64,000 bases of DNA from the NCBI GenBank assembly GCA_018971485.1, contig JAGXAQ010000001.1, positions 131,371 through 195,370 of the forward strand, written 5' to 3'. Shown piece by piece: positions 10,557-20,108 of the stretch. The number at the start of each line of letters is the position of its first letter. Position 1 is the first letter of the stretch. A model generated the notes under the pieces. The model did no database searches. It was given only the letters and a program-made list of their open reading frames with translations, and was not told where the DNA came from. The DNA comes from Pseudomonadota bacterium. Lineage in GTDB: Bacteria > Pseudomonadota > Gammaproteobacteria > Burkholderiales > REEB80. The translations under genes and the position numbers were made by a program.

Positions 10557-12977
10557 TTAGCCCCCTGATCCATGGGCAGATGGCCAAGGTGCCTCAGTAG
10601 CCGCAGGTGCACTTGATGGGGACGTACCAGTTGAACCAGGAGACCCTGGTTCAACTATCTCATTTGAAGGCACAGGCCCAAGTGGTAAAGACTGAGGAAC
10701 AGATTGTCCAGGCAATACCGGCTGTTCTGGATTAATGACTGGAGCACCCCGCCCCGGCACATACTCCTGATAAAAAAACTCGCTCATACTATTTACCGGG
10801 CTATTGCTTAACAGCCCAGTTGTCTTGTCTATCTGGGCCACTACCACACCAGGCGGAACAGGAATAGGAACATCGGGCACTCCTTTTAGAACTGCCCCCA
10901 TATAATGCATCCAAATTGGCAATGCAACATTAGCACCTGTCTCGCCATGACCTAAAGGCTTAGGCTTATCAAACCCCATCCAGGTAATTGTCACCACATC
11001 TGGATTATATCCACAAAACCAGCCATCAACCTGCTGATTAGTCGTACCGGTTTTACCTGCAAGATCTTGCCGGCCCAGGCTCTTGGCCGCCTCTGCCGTT
11101 CCATACTGGACAACCGACTGCATCATGCTCGTCATGATAAAAGCATTTCTGGCATCAATAACCCGTGGCGCCCCTTTTCCTGCCACAATTGGATGCGACT
11201 GAGACAATACATGGCCAGACGCATCAACAACTCGATCTATAAAATAAGGTTGTACTAGATAACCTCCATTTGCAAATACTGAGTAACCTTCTGCCATTTG
11301 CAGCGGAGTAACAGAAACGGCTCCAAGGGCCATCGTAAGATACCCGGGAATCTCGGAAGAAGGGAAACCAAATCGAGTCACATAATTTTGCGCGTACTTT
11401 ATACCAATTGCCATCAGTAAACGGATAGCTACCAGATTCTTGGACTTGGCTAGCGCATCCCGAAGTCTCATAGGCCCATCAAAGGTATTTTCATAATCTT
11501 TGGGTTGCCAAACACCACCTGAGCCATTAGGTAAAGAAAGAGGCGAGTCATTCACAACTGAAGCAGGTGTAAACCCCTTTTCCAGGGCTGCAGAATAAAT
11601 AAAGGGTTTAAAACTTGACCCGGGCTGCCGAAACGCTTCAGTCACATGATTGAACTCATTTGCGTTATATTCAAATCCACCATCCAAGGCAAGAATAGCA
11701 CCGGTTTTTGGATCAACAGAAACAATCGCTGCTTCCACTTTTGGCACTTGTGAAATCTGCCAGGCCCTTCCTTTATGTTCCACCCTTATAATCGAACCCG
11801 GAACAATCGGATGCGGGCTTGACGGCATCAGCGACTGATGGGCAAAAGCCAAGCCGGGACCCGAAATCCAAATCTTCTTACCCCGTTGAAGATAAGCTTC
11901 TACCCGATGAGGAGAAGCCGAGAGTACAACCGCAGGCTTTAACCCATGTATCGAGAAAAGTGCAGAAAGCCGATCTTCTATCGCTTCACGGGTAAGAGAG
12001 TCAACCTTTCCCTCGGGCCCCCGATAACCATGGCGCTGATCATAGGCCATAATCCCATCATACATGGCCTTGTCTGCTACAGCCTGATTCTTGCTCCGTA
12101 AAGTCGTATAAACCTTCATGCCACTTGTATAAATACTTGGGCCATACTGATTGTACATCGCCTGACGAACCATTTCGGCCACATAACCCGCCCTAACATC
12201 AGAATAATGGGCATGATTAACAATGATGGGGGTCCTAAGCGCCTGCTCATATTGTATTTTTGTAATGTATTTTAAGGCAAGCATCCGGCCCAGCACATAA
12301 TGCTGCCTTATACGACAACGGGTCAGGCTGGCTATGGGATTCAAGGTGGAGGGAGCCTTGGGCAGACCAGCCAGCACAGCCATTTCTGCAAGATTTAGTT
12401 GATTAAGGCGCTTACCAAAATAAGTCTCGGCTGCGGCTTCAAAACCATAAGCCCGCTGCCCCAAATAAATCTGATTAATATAAAGCTGGAGTATCTGATC
12501 TTTAGTAAAGTTATGTTCAATTTTCCACGCAAGAAGCACTTCGCTGATTTTTCTTGAGAAGGTTTTCTCATTACTCAAGTAAAAGTTGCGTGCCACTTGC
12601 ATAGTAATTGTAGAAGCACCTTCAACTTTACCTCCATGAATCAAATCAGCTAAAGCTGCACGCATGATACCCCGATAATCCACCCCGTCATTCTGGTAAA
12701 AACGGCTGTCCTCAGCAGATATAATTGCTTCCTGCATCAACTTTGGAACCTGATCAAGTTTAACCAGAGTCCGGTTTTGCACCCCAAACTCACCAATCAA
12801 TGCCCCATCTTCGGTATAAACCCGTAATGGCATCTTTGGGTGGTAATGTCTCATCGCCTGCAATGACGGCAGGCGGGGGTAAACTAAAGTAGCAGCAAGA
12901 CCCAATGGGATAAGAGCCAGAACAGCAAGAATAATAGCCGTAAAAAAAGGGATACTGACCCATTTGGAAAACTTCAT
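10557..12977 (-). CDS. mrcA: penicillin-binding protein 1A (bifunctional transglycosylase/transpeptidase)
   Basis: GT51 motifs EDSRFYQNDGVDY and RKISEVLLAWKIE. Transpeptidase motifs SSFKPF (SxxK), SKN and KTGTT. Pro/Ser-rich C-terminal tail. The ATG at 12977 has a GGAG RBS and is preferred over the GTG at 12995. Confidence 0.93.
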   Translation of the reverse strand: MKFSKWVSIPFFTAIILAVLALIPLGLAATLVYPRLPSLQAMRHYHPKMPLRVYTEDGALIGEFGVQNRTLVKLDQVPKLMQEAIISAEDSRFYQNDGVDYRGIMRAALADLIHGGKVEGASTITMQVARNFYLSNEKTFSRKISEVLLAWKIEHNFTKDQILQLYINQIYLGQRAYGFEAAAETYFGKRLNQLNLAEMAVLAGLPKAPSTLNPIASLTRCRIRQHYVLGRMLALKYITKIQYEQALRTPIIVNHAHYSDVRAGYVAEMVRQAMYNQYGPSIYTSGMKVYTTLRSKNQAVADKAMYDGIMAYDQRHGYRGPEGKVDSLTREAIEDRLSALFSIHGLKPAVVLSASPHRVEAYLQRGKKIWISGPGLAFAHQSLMPSSPHPIVPGSIIRVEHKGRAWQISQVPKVEAAIVSVDPKTGAILALDGGFEYNANEFNHVTEAFRQPGSSFKPFIYSAALEKGFTPASVVNDSPLSLPNGSGGVWQPKDYENTFDGPMRLRDALAKSKNLVAIRLLMAIGIKYAQNYVTRFGFPSSEIPGYLTMALGAVSVTPLQMAEGYSVFANGGYLVQPYFIDRVVDASGHVLSQSHPIVAGKGAPRVIDARNAFIMTSMMQSVVQYGTAEAAKSLGRQDLAGKTGTTNQQVDGWFCGYNPDVVTITWMGFDKPKPLGHGETGANVALPIWMHYMGAVLKGVPDVPIPVPPGVVVAQIDKTTGLLSNSPVNSMSEFFYQEYVPGRGAPVINPEQPVLPGQSVPQSLPLGPVPSNEIVEPGSPGSTGTSPSSAPAATEAPWPSAHGSGG

Positions 12978-13460
12978 AACAACTCCAAAAAACACAGGAA
13001 CTACCTGTTAGCCAAGCATAACGCACACTTGTATCATGTATAGACTGAGGTTATCAACAGCTGGATCTGAAACCACGTTTTAAAATCCCCCGCAATACCC
13101 TAACATTCAAAATATCAATCTCATTCCTCAGATAAAAAACCAATTATAACGGTTAATCATTACCGTCTTGACAAAGCTCATTCAGATATACGCCAAAATC
13201 AGCTTACCCCCGCAGCCCGGCTCTGCCAGGTTAATGGGTCGATATATCGCAAATGTTGTTTTTATGCCTACTCCTTATCCGTTTCAAAATTGCCCTGCAA
13301 CAAAGTATTGCATCCACAAGCATTCTGGATACAATGATAACCGAACAAGGGGATAATATTTATCAATCATTCCCAAATAATACAAACATTAATTTTAATG
13401 CCCAAATAAAAAAAAACCAATTCTGCAGCGTAGGTTCATAAAAACAGTATAAGGAGCACC

Positions 13461-14534
13461 TTGAAGCTGCCATTTTCAAAAAAATCTGCCTCTAGTCTGG
13501 TTGGGATAGACATCAGCTCCTCTTCAATCAAAATGATTGAGCTAGAGGAAGTAGATGAGCATACCTACCAAATTGCCCATTATGCCATTGAACCCCTTCC
13601 AAGAGAGGCAGTTGTTGATGGAAATATTATTCAGCTCGAAACCGTAATTGATGCTGTTCGAAAAAGCTTTCGAAAACTAGGCAGCCGAACCAAACTCACA
13701 GCCCTGGCTATGCCTTCTGCCTCTGTTATAACAAAAAAAATTAAAACACCAGCCGGGTTGAGTGAAGAGGAACTTGAAATTCAGGTAGAAACAGAAGCTG
13801 CCCAGTACATTCCTTTCCCGCTTGAAGAAGTCAATCTGGATTTTCAAGTCATTGGTCCATCAAAAGACGCCCCGGATGAACTGGACATTCTCATTGCGGC
13901 AGCACGCAAGGAAAAAATTGAAGATCGGGTGGCTGTGGCAGAAGGAGCCGGAATTCGACCGGTCATTATGGACGTTGAACACCATGCTCTTCAGGCTTCT
14001 TATTCAGAAATCCGAAAGGCTCTACACTCAAAATCAACTGAAGATATAACCGCAGTTATTGATATTGGGGCCACATTAACCCACATCGTGGTCTTTCAGG
14101 ATAATGAAATTGTCTATAACCGCGAGCAAACTTTTGGCGGTGACCTGCTGACTCAGGAAATTGCTTCCCGGTATGATATGTCAACAGAAGAAGCTGAACA
14201 TGGGAAAAAATATGGCGGGCTTCCTGCAGAGTATAGCCTGGAGGTCTTGGAACCTTACCAGGATACTCTCGTACAAGAAGTCATGAGGCTGCTTCAATTT
14301 TTTTATTCATCTACCCATTACAACGAAATTAATCACATTGTTCTTGCCGGAGGAACCAGCCTACTTCCTGGTTTACCGGCTCTCATCAGTCAGGCTGCAA
14401 ATATTCAGACAGACTTGGCCAACCCATTCCAGCTAATGCAGTCTGGCCCCAAAATCAAGACCAGCCAGCTTTATACCGATGCGCCCATGCTACTGGTTGC
14501 GTGTGGGCTTGCACTACGGAAGTTTGACTCATGA
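13461..14534 (+). CDS. pilM: type IV pilus assembly protein PilM (actin-like ATPase fold)
   Basis: 357 aa beginning with the VGIDISSSSIKMIELEE motif. TTG start with an AAGGAG RBS at 13451-13456. First gene of the pilMNOPQ order. Confidence 0.92.
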   Translation: MKLPFSKKSASSLVGIDISSSSIKMIELEEVDEHTYQIAHYAIEPLPREAVVDGNIIQLETVIDAVRKSFRKLGSRTKLTALAMPSASVITKKIKTPAGLSEEELEIQVETEAAQYIPFPLEEVNLDFQVIGPSKDAPDELDILIAAARKEKIEDRVAVAEGAGIRPVIMDVEHHALQASYSEIRKALHSKSTEDITAVIDIGATLTHIVVFQDNEIVYNREQTFGGDLLTQEIASRYDMSTEEAEHGKKYGGLPAEYSLEVLEPYQDTLVQEVMRLLQFFYSSTHYNEINHIVLAGGTSLLPGLPALISQAANIQTDLANPFQLMQSGPKIKTSQLYTDAPMLLVACGLALRKFDS

Positions 14535-15103
14535 TTCATATCAACCTGTTACCCCACAGAGAAATGGAGAGGGTAGCCCAGCGCAGGCGGTTTGGATTCA
14601 CTATAGCCACAAGCATGGCAACAGCCATAATCTTGACTGCTCTCATCCATGTCTGGCTCGTTACTCGACTAAATAACCAGCTGAAAAGAAATAATTATCT
14701 TGAACAGGTTAATAATCAGCTCAATCAACAGATAGGGCAAATACGTAAATTAAAAACAGAGCGAACAAAAGTACTGGCAAGAGAAAAAATCATAGGATCT
14801 CTAGAAGAAAAACGTTTTCAAGTTGTCCGCATGTTAAATGAAATACCCCGCCTCATTCCTGACGGGGTTTATTTAACATCACTCAAAGAAACCAACAAGG
14901 ATATTGCCCTAAACGGCATGGCATCCAGCAATTATAGTGTGGCCGACTTCATGCAGAACCTGAGCCACTCACGCTTTTTTAGCACCCCGACCCTCATCCA
15001 GACAAAGCTTGCTCCTGGAGCCGGTCCAAGACTCATATCTTTTTCATTAACGGTCAAAACTCATCCCGATAATACTAATAAACAAGGGATTCAATCAAAA
15101 TGA
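14531..15103 (+). CDS. pilN: type IV pilus assembly protein PilN
   Basis: N-terminal INLLP motif, a single TM and a coiled coil. ATGA overlap with pilM. Confidence 0.9.
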   Translation: MIHINLLPHREMERVAQRRRFGFTIATSMATAIILTALIHVWLVTRLNNQLKRNNYLEQVNNQLNQQIGQIRKLKTERTKVLAREKIIGSLEEKRFQVVRMLNEIPRLIPDGVYLTSLKETNKDIALNGMASSNYSVADFMQNLSHSRFFSTPTLIQTKLAPGAGPRLISFSLTVKTHPDNTNKQGIQSK

Positions 15104-15732
15104 CATTAAATGAAATCAGAAACCTAAATCCAAAGGAAATGTACCGCTGGCCAAAGATAGCTAAGAATATGGTTTTAGCCCTAATCTTTATTATCATTTG
15201 TGCTACAGCCTACTGGTTTGATTTCAGTAGGCAACTCAATGCCCTTTCCAACGCAAAGACTAAAGAAAACCAGTTACGTCAAATATTTCTGATTAAAAAA
15301 CGTCAGGCAGTCAATCTTGCGGCATACCAGAAACAACTTGAGAGCCTCAAACAAAGCCTTGGCTCGTTTCTAAAACAACTCCCCAATCGCGCCCAAATGG
15401 ATCAACTTCTGCGTTCAATTAATCATGCAGGAGTTAATGAGAATCTCACCTTCGATTTATTCCGTCCGGGAACAGAATCTCTGCATAGCTTTTATGCAGA
15501 ACTACCCATTACTATAAAAGTTGAAGGCCACTATCATGAAATAGGGGGATTTGCCAATGATGTTGCGCATTTGCCACGAATTGTAACCCTTTCGAATGCG
15601 ACCATCAGCACACAACCAAACGGCCATCTTATTATGCAGGTAACGGCAAGAACCTACCGTTACCTTGATACCAATGAACTGGCTCAACAAAAAAACAAAA
15701 AAGGCACCATAGCTGGCAAGGACAATAAATGA
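15100..15732 (+). CDS. pilO: type IV pilus assembly protein PilO
   Basis: Single TM, coiled coil and a C-terminal PilO fold. 4-nt overlap with pilN. Position in the operon fits. Confidence 0.88.
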   Translation: MTLNEIRNLNPKEMYRWPKIAKNMVLALIFIIICATAYWFDFSRQLNALSNAKTKENQLRQIFLIKKRQAVNLAAYQKQLESLKQSLGSFLKQLPNRAQMDQLLRSINHAGVNENLTFDLFRPGTESLHSFYAELPITIKVEGHYHEIGGFANDVAHLPRIVTLSNATISTQPNGHLIMQVTARTYRYLDTNELAQQKNKKGTIAGKDNK

Positions 15733-16232
15733 AACGGTTTATTCCAATCCTTTTCACGCTTTGCCTTTCAGGCTGCGGCAAGAATCATATGCAAGATCTA
15801 CAGACATTCGTTCAGAATGCAGGCCGAACCATGAAAGGCCAAGTGACTCCCTTACCAGCGTTTCAACTCCAAAAATCATATGGCTATACCGCAAAAGATT
15901 TACGTGATCCTTTCAAGCCTAAACGTTTTAGCTCCAAAATCCAGGGTCAGGGTCCCAATTTGGGGAGGCCCAAACAACCTTTGGAAATGTATCCGCTTTC
16001 CTCGCTTTCGTTTATAGGTACACTTGAAATGAATGGACACCGACAGGCACTCATTCATACACCTGATGGACACGTTATCACCGTTACTCAAGGGCAATAC
16101 ATGGGAGAAGATTTCGGCCGTATTACTGCCATTCACAAACGCAGCATTGACCTTCATGAAAAGGTTCTTAATGACAAAGGAACCTGGATTACTCGAGATA
16201 CCCAAGTCGTCCTACAGGGAAAATCAAAATGA
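15729..16232 (+). CDS. pilP: type IV pilus assembly lipoprotein PilP
   Basis: Lipobox LSGC at the N-terminus. 167 aa. 4-nt overlaps with pilO and pilQ. Confidence 0.88.
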   Translation: MKRFIPILFTLCLSGCGKNHMQDLQTFVQNAGRTMKGQVTPLPAFQLQKSYGYTAKDLRDPFKPKRFSSKIQGQGPNLGRPKQPLEMYPLSSLSFIGTLEMNGHRQALIHTPDGHVITVTQGQYMGEDFGRITAIHKRSIDLHEKVLNDKGTWITRDTQVVLQGKSK

Positions 16233-18304
16233 AAACAATCCTTCAATCTTGCACCATTCTCCTGCTGGGACTTCTCATCATCACTCAGCCCGCCTGGGGA
16301 ACAACATTCAATCATATTAATGCACTACACTTTGGTATCGGAAAAAACGGTAACGCAATAATTCGTATTACTATGAATAGCCCCTTGAAAGCCAAGCCAA
16401 AAAGTTTCAGTATTGAATCTCCTGCCCGTATTGCAATCGATCTCCCTGATACAAAAAGTTCCCTTAAAAACAACTTGAAAACCGCACGGATTGGCTCGCT
16501 TCAATCAATCTATCTAGCCCAATCCAGCGAAAAAACACGCATTATTCTTACCTTGTCACACCAGACACCCTACCACCTAAAACGCGAAAAAAACACGTTA
16601 ATTATTTCCCTTGGTAACCAGCCTATAATTGCACCACCGAAACCAACCCTTCTCTCAACTACGTTCGTTCAGACGCCCTCTTCAGATATCATGCATAGCA
16701 TCGATGCAATCCACTTTCATCAAGCCCCTGATGAAACCGCACAGATTAGCGTAAACCTCTCAGACAAAAATACTGGCATTAATATACAAAAACATGGAAA
16801 CAGACTCATTATTGATTTTATTCACACACAATTACCAAAAAGTCTTCAACAAAAATTGGATGTGACCGATTTTCATACCCCGGTTAGAACTATCAAGACC
16901 TATACGGAAGGCCATAACACAAGGATGATCATCTCTTCTCATGGGTTGTGGGAACATTCTGCTATTCAAAGTGACAACCACTTTGTGGTGTATATCAAAC
17001 CAACTCCCCCGGCCTTATCGAGTTTCAGCCAGGAAGAAGGACACTACCACGGCAAGAAAATCTCATTCAATCTACAAAATGTCAGTGTCCGTGACATTCT
17101 ACAAATTATTGCCGGCGAAGCAGGGTTAAATATCATCACAAGTGACAATGTAACCGGAAATCTAACCTTGCGACTCAAGGACGTGCCCTGGGATCAAGCT
17201 CTGGATATTATCCTTCAGACAAAAGGGCTTGCAATGAGGCGGGAAGGGAACATTATTTGGGTTGCTCCGGCAAAAGATATGGCAGCAATGGATCTGCAAA
17301 AACTTCAAGAACAACAAGAAATTGCTGACATGGAACCCCTCTACTCAGAAACCATTCGATTAAAGTACAAGAAAGCAGAAGATTTTAAGAAGATGATCAC
17401 CAGTTCAAGGCAACCCATTCTATCCAAAAGAGGCTCTGCCGTCGTTGATCCACGAACCAATACAGTCTTTATTGAAGACACGGCAGCTAAACTCGAAGCC
17501 ATCCGTAAGCTTGTGAACCAGATTGATGTCCCAGTTCGACAGGTGATGATAGAAGCCAGGATTGTGGAAGCAGACCAGAGTTTTGCGAGGGATCTGGGAG
17601 CGCGTCTTAATCTAAATGCCGTCAACACAAATGGTGTAACCAGTACGTCTTTAAGTGGCTCATTAACACCAGGCGATATTAGTGCGGTCAACTTGCCCGC
17701 CTTAAGCAACGCATCAGGGATCGAGCCGGGCAGTCTTGCCGTGCAAATCATTCATGGGGCCAGCAACACCTTGGGGCTCGAGTTATCTGCCCTGGAAGCG
17801 GACGGGAAAGGGAAAATCATTTCAAATCCACGCCTCATCACTTCAGATCAAGTCGAGGCGACCATTGCCCAGGGGACTGAAATTCCATACGAGCAAGCTA
17901 CTAGCAGTGGCGCAACTTCTGTTGCTTTCAAATCTGCCGTATTAAGTCTCAAAGTAAAACCCCAAATCACCCCTGATAATAAAATTATTATGGACATTCA
18001 GGTAAACAAGGATAGTCCAGGTACAACGACGACTCCAGCAGGGCCACCCATTGATACCAAGAAAATCGTAACCCAGGTTCTCATCAATAATGGCGATACG
18101 CTCGTTATCGGTGGGATTTACATGCAAAATGATAACAAGACAGTAAATAAAGTACCTTTTCTGGGCGACCTGCCCTTTATAGGAGCCGCCTTCAGGGAAA
18201 CTGTAATTAATCGGGAAAGAACCGAATTACTAATATTTGTAACACCTCATATCCTTGAAAACTCAGGAGGGCCTGATATCTCTGCCCCGATCGCAGTCAA
18301 ATGA
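16229..18304 (+). CDS. pilQ: type IV pilus secretin PilQ
   Basis: 691 aa with a signal peptide, two AMIN-like N-terminal repeats and a C-terminal secretin domain (VPFLGDLPFIGAAFR). Confidence 0.94.
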   Translation: MKTILQSCTILLLGLLIITQPAWGTTFNHINALHFGIGKNGNAIIRITMNSPLKAKPKSFSIESPARIAIDLPDTKSSLKNNLKTARIGSLQSIYLAQSSEKTRIILTLSHQTPYHLKREKNTLIISLGNQPIIAPPKPTLLSTTFVQTPSSDIMHSIDAIHFHQAPDETAQISVNLSDKNTGINIQKHGNRLIIDFIHTQLPKSLQQKLDVTDFHTPVRTIKTYTEGHNTRMIISSHGLWEHSAIQSDNHFVVYIKPTPPALSSFSQEEGHYHGKKISFNLQNVSVRDILQIIAGEAGLNIITSDNVTGNLTLRLKDVPWDQALDIILQTKGLAMRREGNIIWVAPAKDMAAMDLQKLQEQQEIADMEPLYSETIRLKYKKAEDFKKMITSSRQPILSKRGSAVVDPRTNTVFIEDTAAKLEAIRKLVNQIDVPVRQVMIEARIVEADQSFARDLGARLNLNAVNTNGVTSTSLSGSLTPGDISAVNLPALSNASGIEPGSLAVQIIHGASNTLGLELSALEADGKGKIISNPRLITSDQVEATIAQGTEIPYEQATSSGATSVAFKSAVLSLKVKPQITPDNKIIMDIQVNKDSPGTTTTPAGPPIDTKKIVTQVLINNGDTLVIGGIYMQNDNKTVNKVPFLGDLPFIGAAFRETVINRERTELLIFVTPHILENSGGPDISAPIAVK

Positions 18305-18330
18305 TAACACCCGGCAAGTTTTCCTAACCC

Positions 18331-18373
18331 GGATACTCCATCCAATTCCTATCAACGGAGGGATGGAGTATCC
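18331..18373. repeat. perfect 13-bp inverted repeat between pilQ and aroK
   Basis: GGATACTCCATCC (18331-18343) and GGATGGAGTATCC (18361-18373) are separated by a 17-nt loop. The repeat ends 10 nt before the aroK ATG. No T-run follows it. Confidence 0.7.
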
Positions 18374-18382
18374 TTCCTGATT

Positions 18383-18958
18383 ATGACAAAAAACTGCAAT
18401 AACTTATTTCTCATTGGATTAATGGGAGCGGGCAAAACAACTGTAGGAAAACAGCTTGCCCGAACCCGGAACATGAACTTTCTCGACTCTGACCATGAAA
18501 TTGAACATAGGACTGGGGCCAGCATCCCCCTTATTTTCGAACTAGAAGGAGAAGAGGGGTTCCGAGAACGGGAAGCCCTGATAATTGAGGAAATCACTCA
18601 AAACAACAATCAGGTCATCGCAACAGGTGGCGGAACCGTTTTAAATGATAAAAACCGCAAGCATCTGACAGAGCGTGGAATAGTAATTTATCTGCGCGCT
18701 TCTGCAGAAGAGTTATGGGAACGTACAAAACATGATAAAAATCGGCCCCTTCTCTTAACCGAGGATCCCCTTGCCAAGCTGAAACAACTGGAATCCATTC
18801 GGGCGCCGTTATATGAAAACCTAGCGGATATCATCATAGATACTGGCAAAAAAAACCTCTATGCTCTTGTGCAGCAACTTAATCCTCTAATCACTCTCTA
18901 TATTAAAACTCATTCTAATGATAAAACCAGCCATGCAAACACTGAACGTCAATCTTAA
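18383..18958 (+). CDS. aroK: shikimate kinase
   Basis: Walker A motif [11 protein letters not shown]. 191 aa. Conserved pilQ-aroK-aroB order. Confidence 0.93.
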   Translation: MTKNCNNLFLIGLMGAGKTTVGKQLARTRNMNFLDSDHEIEHRTGASIPLIFELEGEEGFREREALIIEEITQNNNQVIATGGGTVLNDKNRKHLTERGIVIYLRASAEELWERTKHDKNRPLLLTEDPLAKLKQLESIRAPLYENLADIIIDTGKKNLYALVQQLNPLITLYIKTHSNDKTSHANTERQS

Positions 18959-20009
18959 TGTTACCTATCCCATCCACATTGGCCCTGGGCTGCTTGATCA
19001 TGAGGCCTTGTTCGCCCCCTATCTAACAGATAGGGCTGTCATCGTAACCAACACTAAGGTAGCCCCTTTATATCTCAAACAGCTTAGCGCTACACTTAAG
19101 CGGCTTCACATTCAATGCGTTCCTGTAATTTTACCTGATGGTGAAGCCTATAAAACCGCTGAAACTCTCAACAACATCTACACCCAGCTCCTTGAAAATC
19201 ACATCGAACGAAAAACGGCTATTCTAGCTTTAGGAGGGGGGGTAGTTGGTGACATGGCTGGTTATGCAGCAGCTACGTACCTAAGAGGTATCCCTTTTAT
19301 TCAAATTCCAACTACACTCCTGGCCCAGGTGGATTCATCAGTAGGAGGAAAAACGGGAATAAATCATGCTCTAGGAAAAAACATGATTGGTGCCTTTTAT
19401 CAACCGCTTGCTGTCATTGCTGACACCAATACCCTGAACACGCTTAACGACAGGGAACTTTCTGCTGGCCTAGCTGAAGTAATTAAATATGGCCTAATCC
19501 GCGATCTTCCTTTCTTTGAATGGCTGGAAAATAATCTGGATCAGCTTCTTTCCAGAAGCCCAAATGAACTTATCTATGCCATTCGGCGCTCATGCGAAAA
19601 CAAGGTAAAGGTTGTCAGTGAAGATGAGAAAGAAAAGAGCATTAGGGCTATTCTCAACCTGGGACATACCTTCGGTCATGCAATAGAGAATGGCATGGGA
19701 TACGGAACATGGCTACACGGTGAGGCCGTTGCCGCAGGTACTATTCTAGCTGCTGAACTATCCAAATTCATGGGTTGGCTAAACGATAATGATATAAATC
19801 GCATTACCCGTTTATTTCAGCGAGCCGAACTACCGATTATCGCTCCCGCACTTGGAGTCAGTCGTTATCTTGATCTCATGAGCCTGGATAAAAAGGTTGA
19901 GAATGGAAAAATACGGTTTATCCTCTTAAAAAATCTCGGTCAGGCCATTATCGTAGATAATGTGGCACAACACCTAGTAGAAAGTGTTCTCGAAACTTAT
20001 ACCCGCTAG
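18933..20009 (+). CDS. aroB: 3-dehydroquinate synthase
   Basis: [10 protein letters not shown] nucleotide motif and metal-binding His motifs HTFGHAIE and HGEAVA. The MQTLNVNL start (18933) matches homologue N-termini better than the ATG at 18918. Either start overlaps aroK. Confidence 0.9.
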   Translation: MQTLNVNLNVTYPIHIGPGLLDHEALFAPYLTDRAVIVTNTKVAPLYLKQLSATLKRLHIQCVPVILPDGEAYKTAETLNNIYTQLLENHIERKTAILALGGGVVGDMAGYAAATYLRGIPFIQIPTTLLAQVDSSVGGKTGINHALGKNMIGAFYQPLAVIADTNTLNTLNDRELSAGLAEVIKYGLIRDLPFFEWLENNLDQLLSRSPNELIYAIRRSCENKVKVVSEDEKEKSIRAILNLGHTFGHAIENGMGYGTWLHGEAVAAGTILAAELSKFMGWLNDNDINRITRLFQRAELPIIAPALGVSRYLDLMSLDKKVENGKIRFILLKNLGQAIIVDNVAQHLVESVLETYTR

Positions 20010-20108
20010 CCCCCCTCTCCATGACACCTACACCCTCAGTGCCATTGCGATGGATAGGTAGCCGATGTAAAATTAAACGTTTATCTCTGGATTCAAGGCA
20101 TTTTGCAC

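Noticed and set aside
13408-13416. A9 tract about 45 nt upstream of pilM, and a T8 run at 36301-36308, as promoter-spacer phase switches.
   Set aside because: These are short A/T runs in AT-rich intergenic DNA, which is expected by composition. No promoter elements could be placed confidently around them.
13168-13441. Two 62-aa ORFs in the 434-nt mrcA-pilM divergent spacer.
   Set aside because: They overlap each other in different frames, have no RBS, have odd composition and recall no known family. The region is better explained as divergent promoter DNA.
20085-20108. Sigma54-type promoter (GG-N10-GC) upstream of gltB.
   Set aside because: The GG and GC dinucleotides are offset by 8 or 16 nt rather than the required 12, so the match to TGGCAC-N5-TTGCA fails.
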